From: Promethearchaeota archaeon
GTDB taxonomy: Archaea; Asgardarchaeota; Hermodarchaeia; Hermodarchaeales; Hermodarchaeaceae
Assembly (NCBI GenBank): GCA_048939245.1
Contig: JBHLPR010000010.1
Span: 1-59,704, forward strand
Direction: 5' to 3'
Length of the DNA: 59,704 bases
The notes beneath the pieces are model-generated. The model was not told the origin of the DNA and made no database searches. It saw nothing but the letters and a program-made list of their open reading frames with translations. Of this stretch, positions 50,649 to 59,704 are shown in pieces. The translations under genes and the position numbers were made by a program. How positions within the stretch are numbered: position 1 is the stretch's first letter; the number at the start of each line of letters is the position of its first letter.

Positions 50649-51298
50649 TCATCTTCCTCTATTAGTTTATTTTCCCAAAGCTCTCCGGATTCTTCCTGTG
50701 GCTCAGACTTAGGGTACCTTTGAAGAAATCGTGCTAACATTACAAAACCTGTTACCGAAATAACTAGACCCAACACGATTATTGGATAGGAAAAGTGTAA
50801 GGCGAATACATGGGCAATAACAAAACCAAGGAAAGTCAAAAGGCCATATCCAAATAAACGATAAATCTGAACCACCCACCCAAATAGAACAAATAGTCCT
50901 CCAACAACAATTGCGATAATCACTAATCCGTATTGGTTTATCAGGAGACTCATCTCAGGTGTTAGCAACCCAAAAGCCGTAATCAAAAAAATGACTAAGT
51001 TCAGGACGACCAAAAACAGAACAAGAAACATCACCCGAAGACGTCTGCCTTGTTTAAACTCTACATAACCAATTCGGGGCACAGTGATTGCACGTTTTAC
51101 TCCTGCATAACTTATCACCCAGATAACGAAAACACCTCCCCACAAATAGTAGGTGCTTTCAATCAAGAAGGGAACCAATAGGATGCCAAATGTGAGAATG
51201 GCAAGACCCAGAAAAATATCGATAATTCCATCCTGGTGGTATGAGGTATACGCTTTTCGTTCTAAGGTTTTCAGATCGGGGTATTCTGACAAATTCAT
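50645..51298 (-). CDS. Membrane protein (paralog B)
   Basis: LERKAY.SYHQDGIIDIF, ITVPRIGYVEF; start ATG 51298 preferred. Confidence 0.8.
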   Translation of the reverse strand: MNLSEYPDLKTLERKAYTSYHQDGIIDIFLGLAILTFGILLVPFLIESTYYLWGGVFVIWVISYAGVKRAITVPRIGYVEFKQGRRLRVMFLVLFLVVLNLVIFLITAFGLLTPEMSLLINQYGLVIIAIVVGGLFVLFGWVVQIYRLFGYGLLTFLGFVIAHVFALHFSYPIIVLGLVISVTGFVMLARFLQRYPKSEPQEESGELWENKLIEEDE

Positions 51299-51315
51299 CG
51301 CCACGGCTCTATTAT

Positions 51316-51369
51316 ACTTTGTCATGCTTAAATACTTTGCGATATAATAGAACTTTGTGGGGCAAAGTT
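51316..51369. promoter_or_regulatory. Operator array in a divergent promoter
   Basis: ACTTTG at 51316, 51334 and 51352 (18-bp period); the third is the perfect palindrome AACTTTG-N5-CAAAGTT. Confidence 0.65.
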
Positions 51370-51400
51370 AATAAGGAGGTACTTACAAGCATTCCACGAA

Positions 51401-52177
51401 GTGAAACACATGCATAACAGCATAAGCATCAAAACACATCAACTCTGCAAATACTTTGGACCCATTCAGGCTGTTCAGAACCTGAACCTTGAAGTGCGAA
51501 AAGGGAGTCGTTTCGGTTTCTTAGGGCCAAACGGAGCTGGAAAAACCACGACTGTTCGCATACTCTCCGGTCTCATGAAGCAATCCAGTGGATCCGCTAC
51601 TGTCTGCGGGCTCTCTCTCAAAGCTAAGCGTAATGAAATCAAAGCAATAACAGGACTATTACCAGAGACCCCTGGGTTGTATTCAAAACTCTCTGCTGTC
51701 GAGTTTCTTGAATTCATTGGGGCATTAAATGGGTATAATGGCTCAAAGTTGCAACATCGAATCGACAGTCTTCTCGGACTCTTAGGGTTAGAATCACGCC
51801 AGGATGATTTACTTGAATCCTATTCGTCAGGCATGAAACAAAAAGTCCTAATCGCTTCAACCCTCCTCCATGATCCAAAATTAGTTTTCTTGGATGAACC
51901 AACCTCACGATTAGATCCAAGTGCAAGTGCAGTGGTAAAAGAACTAATTGAAATTCTAGCGAAAGAAACAGCGACAACCTTCTTCATCTGCACTCATCAG
52001 ACTTCATTCGCTGAAGATGTATGCGACCAACTTGGAATCATCATCCAAGGTAAACTTGTGATTTCTGGTACATTAGAACAGGTCACCAACGCTACGAAGT
52101 CAAAGAATCTAGAGGATGCCTATCTCCGTATTGTGGGGAACAAGATTGAGCGAGATAAACTTCTGAATTGGAGATGA
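51401..52177 (+). CDS. ABC exporter ATP-binding protein
   Basis: GPNGAGKTT, YSSGMKQK, FLDEPT. Confidence 0.92.
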   Translation: MKHMHNSISIKTHQLCKYFGPIQAVQNLNLEVRKGSRFGFLGPNGAGKTTTVRILSGLMKQSSGSATVCGLSLKAKRNEIKAITGLLPETPGLYSKLSAVEFLEFIGALNGYNGSKLQHRIDSLLGLLGLESRQDDLLESYSSGMKQKVLIASTLLHDPKLVFLDEPTSRLDPSASAVVKELIEILAKETATTFFICTHQTSFAEDVCDQLGIIIQGKLVISGTLEQVTNATKSKNLEDAYLRIVGNKIERDKLLNWR

Positions 52178-52181
52178 GCCC

Positions 52182-53873
52182 ATGACACGTAAATGGTATA
52201 GCATCGCTAAAGCTGAATACCTCATCAGTACTTCCTCCCTCCGTGACCATCGGACAAAAACTTTAGGTGCATTATTTATATTTGGGCTTCTTTGGGCCAT
52301 CCTTATCGCTCCGATTACAATTGGTATAATCATCAACTCAGTCATTCCACTAGTTTATTTCCAACCACTACTCTTCACATTTCTTCCTGGCATCTTACGG
52401 TCTGTCATGTTTTTTTTATGGATTATTTTACTCATTATACCACTTTCCCGAGCACTTCAGGAAATGAGGATTGGTCAATGGGAGATTTTACTATCAAATG
52501 ACGTTAAAACTCGGGATATTCTAACCGGAACTTTCCTGGGAAAAATCCCTTTATATGGACTACTAGTAATGTACATTGCTCCTCCACTATTAGCAATCCT
52601 CTTCCTAGCTTTCGAAGTGATCTTACTCGGTCAAGTTCTAATCTATCTTGTTCTATTTGGGATGATCCTTTCAACTATCTGGTTATCAAATTTCATAACC
52701 GCTGCTATTCAGGCAAAACTTGGTGAATCAGCACATGGTAAAGAATTGGCTAACGGATTGGCTATACTGTTAGCAATTGTCTCGATTATTCCCATTTATG
52801 GAATAATGTTCTTCAGCCAACAGATGTCGGTCATATTAGGATTGAATGTCTTTCTTCTCCTGCCATTCACATGGCCTGCTGATATGATAAGCTGGCTTAC
52901 TCTCATTTTTAGTCAAATCACTTTGACACCAGCATATTGGGGCTCTGTTCTACAAATTCTACAATTAGATCTCGTTATCAGTACAGCATTATTCGCCATT
53001 TTCGGGTTAGCCTGTATAATAACAGGCCTATTAACAGCGGATCGAATATTTACCTATAACATCGGTGCCCGCACTGAACAGATCTCTACAGTAAAAGGAG
53101 AAAACGCCTTCTACCGAGGTATACGCAAACTTCTATCTGGCTCATTTGGAGCTTTAGTTGTCATATCGTTGAAAGATTTTCTTCGAAAAGCATCAAATCT
53201 TGCTAGAATTGCCTACGGTATTATTCTAGCTGTAGCATTACCTCTCGTTCTAATGCAGGTGATGATTGGAATTGGGGATGCTGAAGGTTTTGATTTTATG
53301 ATGTTAGTGATGGTCACAGGAATCGGAATGGCACTTATTGGCTCTTTCACTTTTGGCGGAACTGCTTTCATGGAAAGTAAAGACCAACTCTGGATTATCC
53401 AAAGCACACCATCAGGCACTTCTCGTTATGTAAAAGCTCGAATTATCTCTGCATTTCTAATTGCATTGCCCCTCTGCATCATCCCTGCAGTTGTAATTAC
53501 CTTTCTTGCGGCTGCAGATTTACAAACCTTTGTCTTTTTCCTCGGTTATGGGTATCTAGTGATTTGTGGTGCAATCGTCTTCTCTACTGGAGTTACAGCC
53601 TGGAATCCCCACTATGAAAACACGAAATCACCAGAACATCAAATGAATGTCATCATTACCACAATGGGAGTACAATTTCTCCTCTTTGCCCCCATCATGA
53701 TTTCATTAATCTCTGATCTACTAGGATTCCACTTTTGGGACCTCCTAATAACAACTATCGGAAGCGCTGGTTTACCTTTTGCGTTTGCGTTAATTGGTCT
53801 CTTGGCATTAGCACTCGTTGGTTCAGTTACGCTTATTCTGGGCGTGAAACGTTTGGCACAACCGGAGGTATAG
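52182..53873 (+). CDS. ABC exporter permease (duplicated)
   Basis: About 14 TM segments; IAKAEY and LKDFLR cytoplasmic helices; follows the ATPase gene. Confidence 0.8.
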   Translation: MTRKWYSIAKAEYLISTSSLRDHRTKTLGALFIFGLLWAILIAPITIGIIINSVIPLVYFQPLLFTFLPGILRSVMFFLWIILLIIPLSRALQEMRIGQWEILLSNDVKTRDILTGTFLGKIPLYGLLVMYIAPPLLAILFLAFEVILLGQVLIYLVLFGMILSTIWLSNFITAAIQAKLGESAHGKELANGLAILLAIVSIIPIYGIMFFSQQMSVILGLNVFLLLPFTWPADMISWLTLIFSQITLTPAYWGSVLQILQLDLVISTALFAIFGLACIITGLLTADRIFTYNIGARTEQISTVKGENAFYRGIRKLLSGSFGALVVISLKDFLRKASNLARIAYGIILAVALPLVLMQVMIGIGDAEGFDFMMLVMVTGIGMALIGSFTFGGTAFMESKDQLWIIQSTPSGTSRYVKARIISAFLIALPLCIIPAVVITFLAAADLQTFVFFLGYGYLVICGAIVFSTGVTAWNPHYENTKSPEHQMNVIITTMGVQFLLFAPIMISLISDLLGFHFWDLLITTIGSAGLPFAFALIGLLALALVGSVTLILGVKRLAQPEV

Positions 53874-53890
53874 TGTGAGCAAAAGGCGGG

Positions 53891-55405
53891 ATGACAATGA
53901 AAAATGAAATTAACCTACTCAGAATATTTATCATTGCTATTCTAGCGTTTGCGATTCTTCCCTCAGCAACTATCCTTAGCGAATTGGAAACATCGCAATC
54001 GTTTGTTTCCCCCTCAAATTCCTCCACAACTGGTGTACTTCTGAAGGACATTCCGTATGTATGGCAGGAAATTAATGGCTTCTGCTTCTGGTCGAGCATC
54101 TCAATGGCTTTACAGTACACAGGCTATTCCATAGCACTTTACGATATTTTTGCCCTCACTAGTATGGGCATGTCGGCTGTGTATGTGAGTACTGAAGCAC
54201 TCCAAATGCTCATCCCTGGACCCAATTATCGGCAAATATACCAACTCCACTATTTAGAGACCTTCCTTGGAATCGACTATAGCGTGGTGCTTGACAATTC
54301 CACGGAAATAGGAGCAGAATTTGCATTCCAATTGGACTATTGGAACCTTGAATACGAGATAATTATCGGGGAAAGTGAAGCGCAGGCATCTCTCTGTGAC
54401 TCAATTGATGCAGGGTATCCGCTAATTCTATTTGTTGACCCATATTTTCTTCCACTTGAGGATTACGACATTCTAAGAATCCTAAACCTACATGCCAGTG
54501 ATACAGGTTCAGGACATGCAATACTAGCAGCTGGATACAATTCCACAACAGAGCAGGTTTGGATTATGGATCCTGGTGCTGGGGCCTTGGGCGACGAGGT
54601 TGGCTATCCAAGCGATGGCCGATGGAATTACACCATCAGCTACACCGATTTAGCATCAGCGAGAGCCCCACTCGGATACACCGCAATTCAAATCACACCT
54701 GGTTCCACCGATCCAGAGCAATTTCCACCAGATTATGCAACGCTTGTTTATCAACGCCTTCAAGGAATTCCAGCAGCTTATGAAATTTTCAATGTCGACC
54801 CTTCAATAGTTAGTTGTGGAGCCAAAGCCTACCAACAGCTAAGCAAAGATCTCGAACCTACAAACCTTGCGAAATTTCTCTCCCATCTAAATCAAGACGA
54901 CCAGATTTTGATGCACCTATATGAGCAAGGCATCATCCTCGAGCAAGCACTTACCCTACAGCACCTGGCTTTTAAAGCCGCTTTAACTAGTCTTCCTCGG
55001 TTTCTGCAAAACTACGATCTTACGAGCCTACAATTCTTAGCTCAATCTTCACTACCACATTTCGATTCACTGAGTACAAACGCATGCCTAACCACCTTTG
55101 ATCCTTCCTCCTATAGCTCGCTGATAAAAGACACCTTCTGGGGAATCGCTGATGTCTTCGAATCTACTGGCAATATTCAAGAAGCCATTACAGCTCATAC
55201 TAAGAATCTAACCTTAATACAACAACACCTGAATAGCATTGGAACTGCTTGGATGGCAGCAGGTCTTGAACTCCAATTCCAGAAAAATACATCAATGTAT
55301 CAACCGGTCATAATCGCATTCTTAAGCAGCTCAATAATTGGCGTAATCGTAATTTCTGGAGTGGTTAAACTCAAATCAAAGAAGACATCCACACAGAAAC
55401 CATAA
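53891..55405 (+). CDS. Membrane-anchored C39/BtrH-like cysteine peptidase
   Basis: Signal peptide; IPYVWQ....C...S.SMAL (Gln, Cys), GHAILAAGY (His), WIMDP (Asp); C-terminal TM. Confidence 0.7.
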   Translation: MTMKNEINLLRIFIIAILAFAILPSATILSELETSQSFVSPSNSSTTGVLLKDIPYVWQEINGFCFWSSISMALQYTGYSIALYDIFALTSMGMSAVYVSTEALQMLIPGPNYRQIYQLHYLETFLGIDYSVVLDNSTEIGAEFAFQLDYWNLEYEIIIGESEAQASLCDSIDAGYPLILFVDPYFLPLEDYDILRILNLHASDTGSGHAILAAGYNSTTEQVWIMDPGAGALGDEVGYPSDGRWNYTISYTDLASARAPLGYTAIQITPGSTDPEQFPPDYATLVYQRLQGIPAAYEIFNVDPSIVSCGAKAYQQLSKDLEPTNLAKFLSHLNQDDQILMHLYEQGIILEQALTLQHLAFKAALTSLPRFLQNYDLTSLQFLAQSSLPHFDSLSTNACLTTFDPSSYSSLIKDTFWGIADVFESTGNIQEAITAHTKNLTLIQQHLNSIGTAWMAAGLELQFQKNTSMYQPVIIAFLSSSIIGVIVISGVVKLKSKKTSTQKP

Positions 55406-55479
55406 TCTCTTCCTTCAAACTCCAAACTCGGGAAGTGATAATTCAAACGCTTCTCCTTTAATTGGTTCTTAATTAAAAG

Positions 55480-57414
55480 TCATTGAGCGTTTCGAATGGA
55501 ATCAATTGCTTCGGGGTTTTCAATAGATGAAAGATCACCAGGCTTTTCTCCCAAGTAGATTTTTTTCACCAAGTGTCTCACAATCTTCCCTGAACGAGTT
55601 TTCGGGAGTGCTGATACAAATCGAACATCATGGGGGATAAAGGGTTTACCCATGGTTGAGCCCACATAGGCTTTGAGTTCATCACGTAATGATTCAGTAA
55701 TTTCACTTCCAGGCACTAATACGACATGCACAACAATCACTGTTCCCTTAATTTCGTGCGGCACTCCAATCGATGCAACTTCAGACACCATAGGATGACT
55801 AATCAACGCCGTTTCAACTTCTGCAGGTCCAACGCGCTTCCCCGCTACTTTCACCACATCATCTGCTCGTCCCAGTAAATACCAAAAACCATCATCATCT
55901 CTTAAGGCCAAGTCGCCATGCCACCACACACCTGGATGCACAGACCAATACGTTTCAAGATACCGTTCAGGGTCATTCCAGAATCCTCGTGTCATCGAAG
56001 GCGCGGGTTTCCGACAAATCAGAGTCCCGATTTTTCCGTGAACGCTAGTTCCTGAATCATCAATCACATCAACGGCCATACCCAATCCTGGTCCACGAAG
56101 TGTCCGTGGTTTCAGCTTTGTAATCGGCAAGGGGCTTAGGAAACATCCAAAAATTTCTGTGCCACCAGAGATGTTAATAATTGGAATCCGTTTTTTTCCA
56201 ATTTTCTCGAAGAACCACATCCAACTCGTATCATCCCAGGGTTCACCTGTGGAACCAAGAATACGAAGCGATGACAAATCATGATGTCCCACCCATTCAT
56301 CACCTTTCCTCATCAGATGACGTACAGCAGTTGGTGATAGACCAAAGACCGTAACCTTGTGCTTCTCAATGATCGACCATAATTGATCTGGAGACGGATA
56401 ATCAACAGCCCCCTCATAGATGAGATGAGCTGCCCCGTGATGCTGAGCTCCGATTACCTGCCAGGGACCCATCATCCAACCCAAATCCGTTACCCAGAAG
56501 AGCAGATCGTGGGGCTTGATATCAATATAATAGCCCACCTCTTTGGCTGCCTGTACTAATGTGCCTCCATGAGTGTGAATTGTTCCTTTGGGTTTACCCG
56601 TTGTTCCCGAACTATAGAGTACCATAGCAATAGCTTCTGAATCCATTACTTCAGTTGGGCTAGTAACCTTCTGATTTGCAAGAAATTCCGCCCAAGAGAA
56701 ATCTCTCCCGGGAGTCCATGGGATATCGGTACCCATTCGTTTAACAACGATAAGGTGCTCAAGGGTTGATACGTTTTTCGCACTTTTGTCCGTAATTTCT
56801 TTAATTGGGATTATTCGTCCGCGACGCACTGAGGCATCTGCAGTAAACACGACTTTTGTCCCGATATCCTGAAGTCGCATACTGATGGCATCAAATCCGA
56901 AACCAGAAAAGATGGGTACCGCAATCGCTCCGATCTTGAAAATTGCGAGAAGTGCCATAATCGCCTCTGGAATCATTGGCATAACGATGCCCATTGGGTC
57001 TCCTGTTCCATAGCCCCTTTCTCTAAGGGCATTTGCAAGTTGACACACTTGGGCATTAAGTTCACGATAAGTCAGAATCCGTTCTTCGCCTGTTTCACTC
57101 ACCCAGATCAAAGCTATTCTATCGGGCAATCGGTCCCGGCAATGGCGGTCTAATATATTATGAACAATATTGAGTCTGCCATCGATGAACCACCGTGTCC
57201 ATTCAATTCCCTTAGAGTCATCTAACACTTTCGTATAGGGTGTAAACCATTCAACATCAAGGTCATCAATCACAGCATTCCAGAACCACTTGATATCATT
57301 AACACTCCGTTTAATTAGCTCATCATAAGACGCAATTTGATATTTCTGCATAAATCGATGGATATTACTCGTTTCGATGTTCTTCTTCGAAGGAGTCCAG
57401 ACAACGCGGTTCAT
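55480..57414 (-). CDS. AMP-forming short-chain acyl-CoA synthetase (Acs-like)
   Basis: [31 protein letters not shown]. Confidence 0.9.
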   Translation of the reverse strand: MNRVVWTPSKKNIETSNIHRFMQKYQIASYDELIKRSVNDIKWFWNAVIDDLDVEWFTPYTKVLDDSKGIEWTRWFIDGRLNIVHNILDRHCRDRLPDRIALIWVSETGEERILTYRELNAQVCQLANALRERGYGTGDPMGIVMPMIPEAIMALLAIFKIGAIAVPIFSGFGFDAISMRLQDIGTKVVFTADASVRRGRIIPIKEITDKSAKNVSTLEHLIVVKRMGTDIPWTPGRDFSWAEFLANQKVTSPTEVMDSEAIAMVLYSSGTTGKPKGTIHTHGGTLVQAAKEVGYYIDIKPHDLLFWVTDLGWMMGPWQVIGAQHHGAAHLIYEGAVDYPSPDQLWSIIEKHKVTVFGLSPTAVRHLMRKGDEWVGHHDLSSLRILGSTGEPWDDTSWMWFFEKIGKKRIPIINISGGTEIFGCFLSPLPITKLKPRTLRGPGLGMAVDVIDDSGTSVHGKIGTLICRKPAPSMTRGFWNDPERYLETYWSVHPGVWWHGDLALRDDDGFWYLLGRADDVVKVAGKRVGPAEVETALISHPMVSEVASIGVPHEIKGTVIVVHVVLVPGSEITESLRDELKAYVGSTMGKPFIPHDVRFVSALPKTRSGKIVRHLVKKIYLGEKPGDLSSIENPEAIDSIRNAQ

Positions 57415-57519
57415 GTTCGTTAGCTCAGAATATAATAGTGAATCTTGAGAATCTATATGATGCGTTGTGCTAGTATAAATAAGAGAACGACTACCTCAGG
57501 CTCCTGGGTTGTGAATCAT

Positions 57520-59214
57520 ATGTTCTTACTGAATCCTCGTGATTATCAACATCAATTTTCGGATAAACACTCCACAGAGATTATGCTCAAAACCATTGAC
57601 TATTTTGAAAAACGAGGATTACAAAAACTCAAGGAAGACGATCACAACCGCACCTTCTACGAAGATTTCATTGAATTCCAAAAAAAGGAACGCATCTTCT
57701 CCACACTTCTCACCCCGCCCCAATATGGTGGTAAAGATACAAGATGGGATATGTGGAGAAACTACGCCTTCAATGAAATTCTTGCCTTCTACGGATTAGC
57801 CTACTGGTACACCTGGCAAGTCAGTATACTCGGACTGGGTCCCATATGGATGAGTAACAACGAGAACCTCAAACAACAAGCCGCCCAACACCTCAAAGAC
57901 GGCGCCGTGTTCGCCTTTGGATTATCCGAAAAAAAGCATGGAGCTGACATCTACTCCACAGAAATGTCTCTTACCCCTCAGCCTGACGGAACTTTTCTAG
58001 CGAATGGAGCCAAATATTACATTGGGAATGCCAACACTGCCCCAATGGTCTCCACCTTTGGGAAAATGACAGACGCCAACGAGTATGTCTTTTTCGTCGC
58101 TGATTATCGCAACCAAAATTATGAGCTCGTAAAAAACGTATGCAACAGCCAAAACTTCGTTGCCGAATTTGGCCTCCACAACTACAAAATCACACAAAAC
58201 GAGATCCTATCCCAAGGGCAAGAGGCTTGGGATGCAGCCCTTAATACCGTTAATGTAGGAAAATACAACCTAGGCGTTGCCTCCATCGGTATTTGCACCC
58301 ATGCTTTCTATGAAGCCCTCAACCACGCTGCAAACCGTCAACTCTACGGAATGCAGGTCACCGATTTCCCCCATGTAAAACAAATGTTCATTGATGCCTA
58401 CTCCCGCCTTATCGCAATGAAGCTCTTCGCCCTTCGAGCTGTTGATTATATGCGCATCGCATCACCAGAAGACCGCCGCTATCTCCTTTACAATACTATG
58501 GTCAAAATGAAAGTCACACTGCAAGGTGAAGAAGTCATCAACCTACTCTGGAATGTAATTGCTGCAAAAGGTTTTGAAAAAGACACCTACTTCGAGATGG
58601 CTGCACGGGATATTCGGGCTCTTCCCAAATTAGAAGGAACCGTACATGTCAACCTTGCCCTGGTAGCGAAATTCATCTTCAATTATTTCTTCAATCACAA
58701 AGAATACCCACTAGTTTCACGTCAAGACCAATCAGAACACGATGCTTTCCTATTTGAACAAGGACCCACCCGTGGACTTGGTAAAATTCAATTCCATGAT
58801 TACAATCTCATCTTTGAAGAATTCGAATTGCCAAATGTCAAAACATTCAAAAAGCAAATTGAAATTTTCAAAGAGATGCTATCTATTGCCACTCCATCAC
58901 AGGAGCAACAGAGAGACACTGATTTCTCGATGGCTATTACCGAATTATTCGCCCTCATTGTTTATGCTCAGCTTATTTTAGAAAACGCTAGAATCTATGA
59001 AATTGATTCTAATGAGATTGAGCAAGTCTTCGACTTCATGATTCGGGATTTTTCAAAATACGCACTCCAACTCTACAGTAAATCCAGCACAACTCAACAA
59101 CAAAGTGAATGCTGTATGAAGATGATTCAAAAACCTTTAAGTGATCCAGACCGATTCCAGCAGTCCTGGGAAAACGTCATGAAACATAAGGACCTTTATG
59201 AGATGAGTCCTTAA
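57520..59214 (+). CDS. Acyl-CoA dehydrogenase (long form)
   Basis: AFGLSEKKHGAD, GAKYYIGN, PKLEGT; start ATG 57520. Confidence 0.88.
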   Translation: MFLLNPRDYQHQFSDKHSTEIMLKTIDYFEKRGLQKLKEDDHNRTFYEDFIEFQKKERIFSTLLTPPQYGGKDTRWDMWRNYAFNEILAFYGLAYWYTWQVSILGLGPIWMSNNENLKQQAAQHLKDGAVFAFGLSEKKHGADIYSTEMSLTPQPDGTFLANGAKYYIGNANTAPMVSTFGKMTDANEYVFFVADYRNQNYELVKNVCNSQNFVAEFGLHNYKITQNEILSQGQEAWDAALNTVNVGKYNLGVASIGICTHAFYEALNHAANRQLYGMQVTDFPHVKQMFIDAYSRLIAMKLFALRAVDYMRIASPEDRRYLLYNTMVKMKVTLQGEEVINLLWNVIAAKGFEKDTYFEMAARDIRALPKLEGTVHVNLALVAKFIFNYFFNHKEYPLVSRQDQSEHDAFLFEQGPTRGLGKIQFHDYNLIFEEFELPNVKTFKKQIEIFKEMLSIATPSQEQQRDTDFSMAITELFALIVYAQLILENARIYEIDSNEIEQVFDFMIRDFSKYALQLYSKSSTTQQQSECCMKMIQKPLSDPDRFQQSWENVMKHKDLYEMSP

Positions 59215-59330
59215 TCAGAAATTAAGAACGCGAATTTCTGTGAAAATCCTTAGCAATTCTAGTAGTTTCCTTATTCGTAAGAAATAAATAACGGACTATC
59301 AAAAGAACCGCCAAGGACTGCTTAAAGGGA

Positions 59331-59704
59331 ATGATCCTGAAAAAAGCGATACAAGGTTTTTTGATACTTAGCCTTTTTGCGAGCGGAATCCCCCTCTCTA
59401 ATTTTCTTCAAACATCGTTTCCCTATGGTTCAGCCCTCATAGACCAGCCCTCATTCACATATATGGACGGACCACCCCAACAAAATATACTTTGGCATCG
59501 TACTTATGGCGGACCTAATTCAGACTCATCACAGGCTATTCAGTGTTCAAATGGCGATTATGCTCTCTATGGGCACTCAGACAATAAGGCCCTCTTATTG
59601 AGAACTACTGAAGATGGTGAATATTTGTGGCATCAGATATTCAATGAATACACAGTTTTAACTGATATCGTAGAAACAGAAAATAATGATTTAGTTCTAC
59701 TTCT
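59331..59704 (+). CDS. Secreted repeat protein (partial, runs off the right edge)
   Basis: Not in the ORF track; MILKKAIQGFLILSLFA...LWHRTYGGPNSD...IQCSNGDY, the same repeat type as the N-terminus of 21062-24301. Confidence 0.7.
   Translation, partial: MILKKAIQGFLILSLFASGIPLSNFLQTSFPYGSALIDQPSFTYMDGPPQQNILWHRTYGGPNSDSSQAIQCSNGDYALYGHSDNKALLLRTTEDGEYLWHQIFNEYTVLTDIVETENNDLVLL

Noticed and set aside
267-58981. Numerous short overlapping ORFs in the track (e.g. 267-578, 6273-6761, 30113-30658, 32745-33335, 46215-46676)
   Set aside because: Antisense or off-frame shadows of well-supported genes, with no motifs.

Overview
Chromosomal window from an archaeon, most likely of the Asgard group. This rests on a Rab-like GTPase, a longin-domain protein, IPGFP-TM-RRR sorting signals with an archaeosortase, PolB2 and several KaiC/RAD55-like ATPases. 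No rRNA, tRNA, CRISPR array or transposase was found. From left to right the window holds: (1) a surface phosphoesterase cluster with an Fe/thiamine-class ABC importer; (2) a PolB2 partner gene and a longin protein; (3) redox genes and an aminotransferase; (4) a membrane protein + EEP pair, then PolB2; (5) a surface clostripain-like protease, two paralogous MFS genes and an acyl-CoA dehydrogenase; (6) a tusA-dsrE-iscS-iscU operon whose IscS lacks the PLP lysine; (7) a signalling locus with four KaiC/GvpD-like ATPases, the Rab-like GTPase, a receiver protein, the archaeosortase and a 7-PAS histidine kinase; (8) acs, a wHTH-regulated ABC exporter locus with an 18-bp-periodic operator, and further acyl-CoA enzymes. 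By eye, strand compositional skew flips across the middle of the window, and a dif-like 11-6-11 site sits at 29750-29777, suggesting a replication terminus region. All family calls come from motif recognition only; no searches were run.
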